This document shows positions 16,794 to 29,547 of a stretch of DNA of 64,000 nt, one piece after another (positions within the stretch are counted from its first letter, which is position 1; the number at the start of each line of letters is the position of its first letter). Under the pieces are notes generated by a model. The model saw only the letters and a program-made list of their open reading frames with translations. It was not told the origin of the DNA and searched no databases. The stretch is from positions 124,034 through 188,033 of the forward strand of contig NIVC01001539.1 in assembly GCA_002269645.1 (NCBI GenBank). Reading direction: 5' to 3'. A program made the translations under genes and the position numbers. The DNA is from Macrostomum lignano. Its lineage: Eukaryota.

Positions 16794-19160
16794 GTGATGG
16801 TGAAGCTGGTGGGGGTGCTGTTGCTGATGCTGATGATGCTGCATGTGGTGATGCTGAGGATGCTGGTGATGAAGCTGATAATGGCTGCTGACTGGCGGCG
16901 ACAACTGAAACAAAGTTTGAACGAATGAGTTTTTTGAATGTTAATTATCTCATGACAGATCCACGACTGCCGTATGACTGACCCATGACTGACCAATGAC
17001 CAATGACTGACTCATGACTAATCCATGACTGACCCATCAATGACCCATGACTGACCCATGACTGACCCATGACAGATCCACGACTGCCGTATGACTGACC
17101 CATAAATGACCCATGACTGACCCATGACTAATCCATGCCTGACCCATCAATGACCCATGACTGACCCATGACTGACCTATGACTGATCCATGACTGATCC
17201 ATGACTGACCCATGACTGACCCATGACTGACCCATGACTGACCCAGAACTGATCCAGCCTGATCCATGTCAACTTCGCTGCATGACACCTTCAACCGAGC
17301 CATGAAAATCCATGATTAAGCCATAACTAGTCATGACTAGTCAGAAGTCTGGCCCAAACGCAGTTTTCTGTTCGGCTGCCACTAATTCTGCTTTGAGAGG
17401 CAGACAACTCCAATTTTCTCTCTCAACACACAAGAGCAGCCCGCCGGCCCCCTTGTCGTACTGGAGAGCTACTCGATGTCAGCTCCGACCCTCTTGACCA
17501 CCAGACACGAGACCCGAAGATCCCCTGACCAGTTAAAGTCTGGACTGGCCCTCGTTTGCAATCTCAAATTCGAGGAGCTCCCAGCTTCGGTTTGGCCCTA
17601 CTCGAACTCGCGAAAAAATAAATGCTCATATTTATAATCCAGCGGATTATCGCCGGCTCTCAATTTCGACAAGTCAATCGAGTTAAACAAAGCCCTTAGG
17701 CGTGAGAGTTTTTGCCTGTGGGGTCACGCGTCAGACTGTTACACCTCACTGCACTCACACACACGCTCACACCGGGTGTACAGCGGTCCTGACTTTCTAA
17801 TCATCAGGCATGTACACTCTCTCTGTGAATCACAAAGCCCCAAGCCCCAACTCAATGTGTTTGCGGCTAACTTGCGGGCGGTGCCCAAAGCCAGCCGCCC
17901 CCCGCTGCGAACTAAACTAACTTGTCTACCGTCTGTCTATCAGTCTCAGCCGCTGTCACTTTCAAGCCCCATCTTCTCCGTTGTGAATTTCTGTCTCCAT
18001 TGCGGCGCCCGCCCAGTCTGGAGCATAGCCGGAGCCGGAGCGACTCTCTTCAAACTTTCTATTTACCGAGGTTCGCTCTGTCAAGTCTGCGCAGCCATAT
18101 AATATTTTCTTTGCTAGTCTACCAAACGCAGGCATCAAAGGGACGCCGCTTAGCCAGTGCGGCTGGGACTCTGGCTTTGTCTCTCAATGATTTTGAAATT
18201 TTTCGGCATATCTGATGACTTTTAGTCGGCGGGTCTGCCGCCAGAGGGTCTGCTGCTGCCGCGGAGTTAAGAATTTTTGACTCTCAGCTTCCCACAGTCT
18301 GTGTTCTGCGACATCATCGAGCGCGCATCGGTTGTGTCGCGTCAGGAGCGTTTTTTTTCTTGCTAAATCTCGAACTCTGCCGGCTAAACATTCCTGGCCA
18401 GCTCGCCAGTGGTCACCTATGGCATATAGTCGGTTAATAGGCTTGCAGAGGTGGCTGAAGGTGATTTCAAGGGCTGCCCAGCCCAGTTGACAAACCTGTA
18501 ATTATTGATCAACAACCAACTGCAACTGCCATCATGAGCCCCCGTAATCTGAGCCGCGGGGCCTTCAGGGGGGAAAGTGGGTGAGCAGTTTATGTTTGTG
18601 TGTGTGTGGGATGAGAGTGGGCGGGTCCTGACCCTGAAGCCTGTGAAGGGCTGCGCCCCCTCACCCACCGGAGAGGCCCTCCGCCAGTTGGTGCCCCAGC
18701 AGAATCCCATTAATCAAACTGTCAGATACTCGTCACTGAATTCGGCCCGACGATCTTCATCGCTTCGGGTCCGAAACAGAGGGTGGGGGGGGGGGCGGCT
18801 CCAGTCCAGACCGAGAGACAACACATAGGGCAACTGAGTGAATGAATCTGGCCACTTTCCATTTCTCTAACCGCCCCTCCCCCCTTAGGTGTGTTTCTTC
18901 CGATATCTATATCTGGCCAGTGTAAGCCGGGGGTGTAAACAAGCGCAACAGCTGGCCGCCCCTCTTGAAAGGGGAAGAAAGTGGACAAGATCTGTTGTTT
19001 GGCCCGTCCCCCCGAACCAGCCTGCAGACCCCGATGCCTGGGACAACAACGTCTCGATGGCTCGGTGCGATAAGGACCCGGGGCCCCCGCCGTCCCCCCA
19101 GCACCAACTAACCCAGCGGGGGGCGGAGTAAAAACGTAAACTCACCATAGCGGGGGGTAG

Positions 19161-19197
<37 letters not shown>

Positions 19198-22100
19198 GGC
19201 GGCGGCAGAGTCTGCAGCTGCTGAGCCGCCTGAAGGTTGTGACTCGACGGCGACAGGCAGGCTTGTTCGGCCGAAGTTGTCAAGCAGTCGATGCTGCTAG
19301 CGGCGCCTGTTGGAGCAGCGGCCGACTGGCTGGACGAGCTCCCGCTGGCGTGGTGCTGGTGCTCATCTCGCTGGCCGCCGCCAGCGCCCTCTTCAACGAC
19401 GAGGTCCATGGGCATCTTGCCCTTCAGGCAGGAGATGTAGCGTGAGCAAAAGTTGTCGCAGAGCTCATGCACCTTGAGCAGGGTTGAGTCATGCGGGTGG
19501 GGATGGAGAAGTGTGAAGCGTCGAAAAGTGCCGATTTGTTTGTTAGGAGGCGCACTTTTGGGTGTCAGAAATCGCCTAGGTGTAATGTCAGACAGAGCCT
19601 AATTTAAATGTCAGACAGAGCCTAGGTGTAATGTCAGACAGAGCCTAATTTAAATGTCAGACAGAGCCTAGGTGTAATGTCAGACAGAGCCTAATTTAAA
19701 TGTCAGACAGAGCCTAATTTAAATGTCAGACAGAGGCAAATCTAAATGTCAGACAGCCGCCTGATTTTAATGTCAGACAGCGCCAAATTTCAATGTCAGA
19801 CAGCGCCTAATTTCAATGTCAGACAGCCGCCTAATTTTAATGTTAGACAGCCCCCTAGATTCAATGTCAGACAGCGCCTAAGTTCAATGTCAGACAGCGC
19901 CTAAATTCAATGTCAGACAGAGCCAAATTTAAATGTCAGACAGCCGCCTAATTTCAATGTCAGACAGCGCCTAGAAGTGCCGCCCAAGTTGCCCTCCAAC
20001 AAATTTCGCCCAACTGTTTGCGTTTGGGAAAGTCAACCACAAAACGCATGCACCGTCAGTTGCGCCACCGTTTCGTAATCAAAATCTGTTTACGCTTAGT
20101 TGTGCTTGATTTGCATTTTTGCAACCGAATTCTGCCCCCCCCCTCCCTCCCTGGCGGACAGGTGGCAGGGAAGGGAAACGCGAAATCTCCCAGTTTGACA
20201 GGTCGTCAAACCGGCGCAGAGTCATTGCCCATTGTCTTATACAATGCTACCCGTCACCCACTATTATAAACACATTATGGCCATAAGTTGGCAACCAAAA
20301 TAAGTTGGCACAGCTGATTTCTGGGGCAAGCAAAAGCTGAGCAGATGGTCAGTCAGCCAGTGATCCCGTGTCAAACGAATTGTTAGCGACAGCATGCTCT
20401 GCTCACGAGGGAGTTGAAAAAAAAATTCGTAAGGAATTTATTTAAGTTTAATATGAGAGTCCTTGCATCTAATTTAGCGGTTAATAAGGCGTGGAGTTTG
20501 GGGTCCCAGTGTCCAGACACCGGAACTGCCTGCACTCTAAACTGTGCAGGGCCCAGTTCCCTCACTCGGGTGCTTTTGCATCAGAGAGAGGCTTAAGTTT
20601 AATCCGCCCTTGAGCCGTTTGAATATGATATCAGATAGCGGCTTCTGTGAAAAGAGCACAGAATAGAAAACTTCATCCAGCTTCAAACGGGGAGACTTAC
20701 CTTTTCAATTTCTAGCAGATGAAATCGAAGCACTTGGACAGCTTGAATCATCTGTAAAATTGTGTAAACATTTCTGGTTGTACAAACTTTATTTCTCTTT
20801 TTCGTATGGCTAAATCGGGTGAAGAGGGTGTCAGGAGTGTCAGGGATGTCATGGGTGTCAGGGGTGTCAGGGTGTCAGGAGTGTCAGGGGTGTCAGGAGC
20901 GTCAGGGGTGTCAGGAGTGTCAGGTGTGACATGGGTGTCAGGAGTGTCAGGAGTGTCAGGAGTGTCAGGAGTGTCAGGGGTGTCAGGGTGTCAGGAGTGT
21001 CAGGGGTGTCAGGAGTGTCAGGAGTGTCAGGAGTGTCAGGGATGTCATGGGTGTCAGGGGTGTCAGGGTGTCAGGAGTGTCAGGGGTGTCAGGAGCGTCA
21101 GGGGTGTCAGGAGTGTCAGGTGTGACATGGGTGTCAGGAGTGTCAGGAGTGTCAGGAGTGTCAGGAGTGTCAGGAGTGTCAGGAGTGTCAGGAGTGTCAG
21201 GAGTGTCAGGGGTGTTAGGGGTGTCAGGGTGTCAGGAGTGTCAGGGGTGTCAGGAGTGTCAGGGGTGTCAGGAGTGTCAGGATGTGTCAGGCGTGTCAGG
21301 AGTGTCAGGAGTGTCAGGAGTGTCAGGGGTGTCAGGAGTGCCAGGAGTGTCAGGGGGTGTCAGTCATTCGCTCACCACCGCGTCGAGATCCTGGTTGCCG
21401 CTATAGATGGACTTGTCGGAGTTCTCCAGCTGCAAAGTGTAAAGAATTTCACTATCAATTGGATTCTTAGCATAGGATTTTCCTTTTGATTGACCAAGCG
21501 ATCTAATTTTTAAGTTGAAGATTTTTTGGCTCCCAGAGAGAGAGAGAGTCAGTCAGTCCCGGTGACAGCTTGTTGCCAACCAAGAGTCGGGCACGGGGAA
21601 GCACGCGGCTTCCAAATTGAACTGAGGAATAATAGCGATGAAGAGGGTAGAGAGAGGTGGAGAGAGGAGGCTGCGGGGTCCCCGGCGGCCGGAAAAGCTG
21701 AGCAGCGGACTGAGCAGCGATCAAAGAGCTCCGCTGCTCACAGTTTCTCCAACGGCATTGGCGATTGTCAAGCCGTCTCGCTCTGGAACTGATCCCCCAA
21801 AGCATCCTCCCAGCATCCACCATCAGCTCACTCAGCTTCACGCCGCCTTCCTTCCTAGTCGGGTCCTCATTGATATGCCGTCTTCTTCTTCAGACGATAT
21901 GAAAACGGGAGGCCTGTGAGCTCCAGTCGTGAGGACACAAAGAAATGCCGGGTCGGCTAAAAAAAAATTTTCAAGATTCCTCTTGCGCGACTCTCCAATA
22001 CTTTTGACATGGAGAGCTGGCGGGCCCGCGGGTTCCCCCTGTAGAAAGAGGGAAGAAGCTGAAGCACTCACTTTTTTCTTCTGTTTTTCTTTCAAAAATT

Positions 22101-25100
22101 TTATGCTAAGGAAAAATACGTCAGGGTGTGCAAACGTTTCGAGGGGTGTCGTGATGTGTCAGGGCGTGTCATGATGTTTTTGGGGGTGTCATGATGTGTC
22201 AGGGCGTGTCATGATGTGTCAGGGCGTCAGGATGTGTCGATATTGATGTGTCATGATGTGTCAGGGCGTCAGGATGTGTCGATATTGATGTGTCATGATG
22301 TGTCAGGATGTGTCATGATGTGTCAGGGCGTGTCATGATGTGTCAGGGTGTGTCATGATGTGTCAGGGCGTGTCATGATGTGTCAGGGCGTGTCATGATG
22401 TGTCAGGGTGTGTCATGATGTGTCAGGGCGTGTCATGATGTGTCAGGGCGTGTCATGATGTGTCAGGGCGTGTCATGATGTGTCAGGGCGTCAGGATGTG
22501 TCGATATTGATGTGTCATGATGTGTCAGGATGTGTCATGATGTGTCAGGGCGTGTCATAATGTGTCAGGGCGTGTCATAATGTGTCTGGGGTGTCATAAT
22601 GTGTCGGGGGGTGTCAGGGAACGTCATAATGTGTCAGGGCGTGTCATGATGTGTCAGGAGGTGCCATAACTTGTCAGGGGGATGTACGGATGTGTCAGGT
22701 TTGTTGAAAAGTGTCAGGGGCCTGTGAGCACCGGTGAGATGGTTGTTTATTTTTAGAATTTTCATAAAGTCAATTTATACATAATTCATTCAGCTGTAAG
22801 ATGAAACGGAATTTAGATTACAATCTGTGACAAAGTGCTCTGAAAATTGCTTGTTTCGGGATCGAGATGGATTTTCTTGAGTTTAAGCCTAAATTTGTCA
22901 GTTCAAAATGCAAATCCTGAAGTATCTGGGCTTTCTGCAGTTGGCGAACACGAAATTCTTTCTAAGAAACGACCAAAATAGGTCGCTAATTAGCCCTGGG
23001 CGATGCACAGGACTTGATGTCCGACAGCGTTAGGAAGGCTCTGCAACTATCGCATCCAAGGTGCTAATGACGTAACCATGGCAACCGAGAAAACTCCCCC
23101 CTCTCTCTCCCTAGACGGCAAGTCGAAGACCGCGGAGACCCGACCGACCCGAATTCTCCCGGCAGCTTTGAAGTCCCGCTCGGGCCGGGCCGGCCTCGAC
23201 CTCATCAATCACGTCGGTTGGCTTTTTTTCTTTAAGGCCTCGACGAGAAGTCGAAAATTAAACTCGGGGTGGTGGGGAAGCCAGCCAATTGTTTCATTCC
23301 CCCAGCTCACTCATATTATACACTGTACTCCTACAGCTCAAGCCGATGCCTTGAATTGTCCCGTCCTAACTAAAGAAGAATAGCCGGGCCTCAACTTCCT
23401 CCTCATTTTCTGTGAAGAAGCGAGCAGGCAATATCGCCCTTCTAGGGGGGGGGGGCGCAGGGAACAGGCACGGCTGGGCCTTGCTTGTGTATTGCCAAAG
23501 CAGCAAAAAGCACTGGGAATTGGGTGGGGGGAGCGGAGGGGATCGGAGGAGAGGCCGAGGACCATCAATCATGGGCTGTCAAAAGGCCCCGCACGCTGCC
23601 GCCCCCCCCCACACACACCTGGTTTGTGCCCGATCCTTTCTTCTCTCTCTTCCTTTCTCTCTTCCTCTTTCTCTGCTTTTGGCTTTCCCTTCAGTTCCAA
23701 AAATTTCCCCTCCTTTTCGCTTGGCTTCCTTCCTACACACCGCGGCCCGGGCTCCGCTCCCTGCTGCATAGATCTCTAAGAGCGAGCCGCCATGGTGTAT
23801 GGGCTATAGATAGCTTGAATGCTTGCTCCATTCCGCCCGCCCCCGCCGCTGGGCCCCGCTGCAAAAGCAGCAAAATAGCAATCGAAACTTCTTGGAAAAC
23901 AGGCCGGCTAAGCCTCTCTGTCTTTTGTGTTTTATTTGAAAATTTGTCAGGAAATTTTATAATTCAATCGCGTTTGGAAAGAAGTTGGATGGCCGGTGCG
24001 CTTGTACTGGGGTGTGATAAATTTTAGCTGAGAAAGCCCCGTGTGCGGTCGGTCTGCATCAAGTGCAGATTTATAATCTACCATAAATTGGGATTACCGT
24101 GGAGTATACTGCAAAAGCAAGTTTTTAGGTTTCTAGTTAATGGAAATCTATAAATGTAACAGTCTGGATAGAATGATAGAACAGGCTGGATAGTGATAGA
24201 ACAGTCTAGATAGAGTGATAGAACAGGCTGGATAGAGTGATAGAACAGGCTGGATTGAGTGATAGAACAGCCTGGATGGAGTGATAGAACAGGCTGGATG
24301 GAGTGATAGAACAGGCTGAATAGAGTGATAGAACAGTCTGGATAGAGTGATAGAACAGTCTGGATAGAGTGATAGAACAGTCTGGATAGAGTGATAGAAC
24401 AGCCTGGATGGAGTGATAGAACAGGCTGGATGGAGTGATAGAACAGGCTGGATGGAGTGATAGAACAGGCTGGATGGAGTGATAGAACAGGCTGGATGGA
24501 GTGATAGAACAGGCTGGATGGAGTGATAGAACAGCCTGGATAGAGTGATAGAACAGTCTGGATAGAGTAATGCCGACACAGGCGAATTCGTGTTACCTCT
24601 CTGGCGAACTCGGCGATGTCCTGCTCAAAGCTCTGGCTGCTGCACACGTCACCGCCTGGCACGCTGGCCGCCCCAATCTCGCGCGGTGCACTGGTGGCCA
24701 GCTCGCACTTCTCGAAGATCAGACACAGCAGCGGGAACATCGGGTGCCTGCAATAAAAGCAAGTGTTAATTAAATTCTTGATGGAAACAAAGAGCCCAGA
24801 CGAAGACCACAATGTGTGCAAGAAGCGTGACAGCCTCTTCCCCATCAACGCGCCATCATTTCTTTCAGTCGGGTGTGCTTTGAAACTGCAATTGCGGCAC
24901 CAGCAACAGGCGGGGAAGTTGTCCGTCTGCCGCTGCCCTCCCCGCCTCCGCCGCCTCTCCCCTCTCTCACCAGAACCCCTGCAGTTATTTACTAAACGTG
25001 CCGACAGAAGTTTGGTTAAGTGCCGCTCTTTCGGGGCTCCTCTCACCAATACACAGAGAGAGGGGGGATTAAGGTCACGATTCGTTATCCCATACGCGAA

Positions 25101-28100
25101 AGAGAATTGCGGCTTGCGAATCTCTGATGCCGACAGGGCACAGTAGTTCTATCTGCTGCTCTATCCACTCTCCATCCGTGATCCTGCCGCCACTAGCACC
25201 CTGCACAGAGCCTCTTACTGTTTTTTCCTAGCATATTCTTATTTCCATTTTTTAAATTCATTTCATAACTTGCCCCATTCTATCCCTGCACATCTCTATC
25301 TCTCTCCCTGCCCATCTCTATCCCTCTCCCTGCACATCTCTATCTCTCTCCCTGCCCATCTCACTCCCTGTCCATCTCTATCTCACTCCCTGCCCATCTC
25401 TATCTCTCTCCCTGTCCATCTCTATCTCTCTCCCTGTCCATCTCGATCTCTCTCCCTGCCCATCTCTATCTCACTCCCTGCCCATCTCTATCTCTCTCCC
25501 TGCACGTCTCTATCTCACTCCCTGCCCATCTCTATCTCTCTCCCTGCACATCTCTATCTCACTCCCTGCCCATCTCTATCTCTCTCCCTGCCCATCTCTA
25601 TCTCACTCCCTGCCCATCTCTATCTCTGTCCCTGCACGTCTCTATCTCACTCCCTGCCCATCTCTATCTCTCTCCCTGCACGTCTCTATCTCACTCCCTG
25701 CCCATCTCTATCTCTCTCCCTGCACATCTCTATCTCACTCCCTGCCCATCTCTATCTCTCTCCCTGCCCATCTCTATCTCTCTCATTGCCCATCTCTATC
25801 TCTCTCCCTGTCCATCTCTATCTCACTCCCTGTCCATCTCTATCTCTCTCCCTGTCTCTTCTGTCTTTGTCCCTATTCACAGCCTGCAATATCCTTTCTC
25901 CATAGCTCTTAACCTTTCGATATTCGCTCCTGCCTTCCCATGCCATGTCAATAAAATAGCCACTTATGACTGTCATCTGCAGACGCCTAGTGCATTATAT
26001 TTATACATCGCAGCATCATCAAAGGCATTCCGACTAGGTCATAAATCACGCTATAGGCGCGCACATCAGTTGTTGAAACAGTTTAAATATCGTGGCGAAG
26101 TGACTGCTCGCGGCCCTGCAATCTCAGGGAAGTGGGTCAAGAAGCCGTTCCCAATATTATTTGAATTTATTCCCAACCCGATGGGCTCTGGGAATGAAAA
26201 GTCAGCAGCTCAGCTCCATCTATATCTGGCCAACCCTGCAGGTCTGTTTGCCCGCGAGCTTATCGCTATCTGCTTCCATATATACGCTCGTATGTATGTG
26301 TATATATACTTGTGTGTGTGCAGGAGACGGTGAACTTGCGCTAACCGCGGGCACCCTACCGCTTTATCAGTAGTATACAATACAAGAGATTGCGGACCCC
26401 ATATGCCTGCTCAGGTTGCATGTGGCAGCCAGCCATGAAACGGCGGTTTTCTTAATCCTGGGATCAACGGGGGGCGGCCTCTGATAAACCGGAGGGGTCA
26501 AAGATTCACGGTCCCTTGATTTATAGTGATATGGCTCTGTCACGTCTGAGTAACTGTCACTGGAAAACCTGCCTTTTTTGCCTGTCACACCAATGCAACT
26601 GTCACTGCAGGAAAGCCGGTCTCTCTGTCTCTCTCACCTGTCTGTCACACCAATGCAACTGTCACTGCAGGAAAGCCGGTCTCTCTCTCACCTGTCTGTC
26701 ACACCAATGCAACTGTCACTGCAGGAAAGCCGGTCTCTCTCTCACCTGTCTGTCACACCAATGCAACTGTCACTGCAGGAAAGCCGGTCTCTCTCTCACC
26801 TGTCTGTCACACCAATGCAACTGTCACTGCAGGAATACCGGTCTCTCTCTCACCTGTCTGTCACACCAATGCAACTGTCACTGCAGGAAAGCCGGTCTCT
26901 CTCTCACCTGTCTGTCACACCAATGCAACTGTCACTGCAGGAAAGCCGGTCTCTCTCTTTTAACTGCCTGTCACACCAATGCAACTACCAGTGCAAGCCG
27001 GTCACTATCCCCGGTGGTACACCTGTTCTATATACTGTATACCTGTGCACTCACTTGAACATCTGGTCTCGGCCTTTGTTCAACTCGTCCTGCCCTCCCG
27101 GATGGTGCGGGCTGCCTCCAGCGCTGCAGCTGTTGGCGCTGTTGTTGAAGTGCCCGACTCCGACGCTTGATGCCGATGTTGACGCCGCTGCAGCCGCTGC
27201 CGCTGCCGCTGCCATAGCGGCGGCCGCCGCTTGAACTACGGAGTTGGAGCCCACCGAGGCAGCGTCTCCTGCCGAGTTCGGGGTGCAGGATGAGGCCGAG
27301 TTGCTGGCAGCTGCTGCCGCGTAAACGCCAGCGCTATTGAAGTCCTCAACTCCATCAGAAGCCAAGGATAACTGCGGTGGGTGGTGAGGATTGCAGAGAA
27401 TGGGCTTTTGCGGATGAGGAATGGGAGGCTGAGGAGGACCGTGGAGACATGAGATGGAAAGAGGAGACTAGATAGAATGAGACTAGATAGAATGAGACTA
27501 GATAGAATGAGACTATAGAAAGAAGGAGACTAGATAGAATGAGACTATAGAAAGAAGGAGACTAGATAGAATGAGACTAGATAGAATGAGACTAGATAGA
27601 ATGAGACTATAGATAGAATGAGACTATAGATAGAATGAGACTAGATAAAATGGAGACTAGATAGAATGAGACTAGATAAAATGGAGACTAGATAGAATGA
27701 GACTAGATAGAATGAGACTTGATAGAATGAGACTATAGATAGAATGAGACTAGATAGAATGAGACTAGATAGAATGAGACTAGATAGAATGAGACTATAG
27801 ATAGAATGAGACTATAGATAGAATGAGACTATAGATAGAATGAGACTAAACAGAATGAGACTAGATAGAATGAGACTAGATAGAATGAGACTAGATAGAA
27901 TGAGACTAGATACAATGAGACTAGATACAATGAGACTAGATCGAATGAGACTATTCAATGTCATCAGAGAATCGATAACGAAAAAGATAAAGCACAAAAT
28001 TTGCATATGAGCTGATAGATGAGTTTATAATTCTGGATGGAAGCATTAGTGCACCACAGAGCAATCTCTAATGATGACATAACCCTACAAATTTGAGAAT

Positions 28101-28148
28101 GTCACTGGCTAAACAGCTCACCATATGCTGCTGCGACTGAGAAGTCAT
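9772..28148 (-). CDS. meis: Meis/homothorax TALE-class homeobox transcription factor, 12 coding exons, ~655 aa
   Basis: Phase-consistent GT-AG exons (minus strand, 5'->3'): 28148-28122, 27371-27055, 24747-24597, 21429-21376, 20751-20701, 19472-19146, 16904-16628, 14416-14268, 14190-14114, 14035-13977, 10531-10451, 10169-9772. MEIS/HM domain [18 protein letters not shown]...GGDVCSS...[46 protein letters not shown] homeodomain [68 protein letters not shown]. The first 9-codon exon (MTSQSQQHM) is the least certain. Confidence 0.95.
10197..10360. repeat. (GGGATTT/GGGATCT)n heptamer array in the last Meis intron
   Basis: Direct reading of tandem 7-mers. Confidence 0.9.
10670..10990. repeat. 20-bp unit GGGATTTGGGATTCGGGAAT tandem array
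   Basis: Near-perfect 20-bp periodicity. Confidence 0.9.
11567..12315. repeat. (GGAGGGAGC)n 9-bp array
   Basis: Near-perfect 9-mer run; the GSG/SLR/SAP ORFs are its translations. Confidence 0.95.
13030..13850. repeat. (GGGATTT/GGGATCT/GGAATTT)n heptamer array
   Basis: Same family as 10197-10360. Confidence 0.9.
13977..14416 (-). CDS. meis: Meis homeodomain exons (three exons separated by 77- and 78-nt introns)
   Basis: PYP three-amino-acid loop extension and WFINARRR recognition helix. Canonical splice sites at 14268/14190 and 14114/14035. Confidence 0.97.
14470..15090. repeat. GGAGGGAGC-family array with interspersed GGAGATAACAGAATGAGC units
   Basis: Derived from the 9-mer of 11567-12315, with recurring variant blocks. 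Confidence 0.9.
16170..16530. repeat. (ATGACTGAC[A/C]C / ATGACTGATCC)n 10-11-bp array
   Basis: Tandem units immediately 3' (in transcript sense) of Meis exon 7. Confidence 0.9.
16950..17265. repeat. Second (ATGACTGACCC)n array
   Basis: Same family as 16170-16530, on the other side of Meis exon 7. Confidence 0.88.
19575..19975. repeat. ~22-bp AATGTCAGACAG...CCTAATTT array
   Basis: Repeated AATGTCAGACAG core with variable linker. Confidence 0.85.
20828..21362. repeat. (GGAGTGTCA / GGGGTGTCA)n 9-bp array
   Basis: Tandem 9-mers ending close to the donor site of Meis exon 4. Confidence 0.9.
22140..22720. repeat. 20-bp ATGATGTGTCAGGGCGTGTC array
   Basis: Tandem units with 20-bp period. Confidence 0.9.
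23068..23085 (+). promoter_or_regulatory. Candidate RFX X-box overlapping a CRE-like site in Meis intron 3
   Basis: GTAACCATGGCAAC (23072-23085) fits GTNRCC-N0-3-RGYAAC, and TGACGTAA overlaps it. Motif match only. Confidence 0.3.
24160..24568. repeat. 22-bp GATAGAACAGGCTGGATGGAGT array
   Basis: Tandem units next to the donor of Meis exon 3. Confidence 0.9.
25270..25860. repeat. CT-rich ~22-bp CCCATCTCTATCTCTCTCCCTG array
   Basis: Tandem degenerate units. Confidence 0.9.
26580..26992. repeat. 54-bp minisatellite (CTGTCACACCAATGCAACTGTCACTGCAGGAAAGCCGGTCTCTCTCTCACCTGT), ~7.5 copies
   Basis: 54-bp period read directly (e.g. 26641 to 26695); lies in Meis intron 2. Confidence 0.92.
27460..27955. 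repeat. (GAGACTAGATAGAAT)n 15-bp array
   Basis: Tandem units in Meis intron 1. Confidence 0.9.
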
Positions 28149-29547
28149 AAGGAGTTCTCCTCTCTCTCTCTCTGTGCTTTGCAAAAGTTGGCGGCGGCCC
28201 CAGCCGATTCAGCTGTCCAATTAGCAGCTAATTGAAAGTGACAATTCTTAAATACAGAACAGAGTTGGGACTGCAGGCTGGCTTGGTCAGCCTCGGGGCG
28301 ATTCTCCTGTGTGCGATGCAGCTTCCTCAGACTCCGATGGTCTTGTTTGTGACGCGGTTCTCTCTGTTTCTGTCCGTCTCTTGGATTGTTTTATTAATCT
28401 TTAACAAGAAGCCGGTTGCAGTCTTCTGGCGGTGGGAACTGTCTCTTTGGCAAAAGTAAATTCAATCAGGAGAAGGTCGGGGAGCCTCAAATGTCTGTTA
28501 TGTTTTAGCAAAGGCTTATTTGACGTTTTTAGAATGGCGCGGCTTGAAATCCCGGACAAGAGGAGGTGGGGGCTGCGGACCACCGGAGCCGCCTGCTGGC
28601 CAATGGCGGCTCGCCCTGGCGGATCCACGGCCAGGCCGCTATTCGCCAACCATCGGGTCTGGGAGGATATTATTGGGTTGCCTGGCTGTGGGGATTAGCC
28701 TAATATTCCGGGATGTTGAGGTCCAACAGCTCAGCTGCCTATGAATCAATGCACATGCGTTTTGTGGTCAAGTCAGCGATGAAATCTATCGGATGCTTCA
28801 TCATAACCCTGGGCAGTACAGTGATTTGGGAGACTGTCTGACAGGAGAATCGCAGGGACATCGGGGGGGGGGTCCAGTGCTGAGGATGCGGAGCATTTCA
28901 TCAGGCTCACTTACCTCACCTAGCCTAATATGTAATATGTGTTTTATGCCGTGTATACTTCTTGCCTCACAGTTTGGCCTTTTGTTATTCCAGTTTCAAT
29001 TATTTTTCTGTTCAATGTTTTTTTGGGATGAGTTCTCCTCCCTCCAACCCGCCTCAAACTCCTCATTCTGAGGATGGCGGCGGCGGCGGCGGCGCCAGGC
29101 AACAAAAAAGATTTTTTTAAATCAAAGCAACGCTTGAAGCAGATGAAAGCAGACAGCCTGATGTCATTTCGCTCGGGCTATAGTCCAGGAAATTGCTTGG
29201 AAACAATTGAAGACAGACAAATTTTCCGCTTCCGGCCCCACAAAAGACAATTTCTTGCAGGCAGAATCTGCAGCGCAAGATCTGCAGCACGCAAAGGCCC
29301 TGTCAGGCAAATCCAGCGGTTCCGGCCTTTGCCAGCAATGACAGACAGACCGGCACGCAGGCAGGCAGGCGGCTGCTTCAGTTGAAGCAAAATGAGACCT
29401 TGATGGCATCGATATCTTCTAGGGATTCGTTTTTTTGAAGACAGCAGCCTCATTACAGTGGAGATGGATTTGATAAGATGGCATGAAATTAAAGTTGCGA
29501 TGAGATTTTGCGCATTGAAATGAATGATCAATAGAAATTTATAAGTT

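Noticed and set aside
27365-27365. Meis start at the ORF-track 'M' at 27365
   Set aside because: That codon is TTG. An AG acceptor lies just upstream (exon starts at 27371), and a phase-compatible ATG exon exists at 28148-28122.
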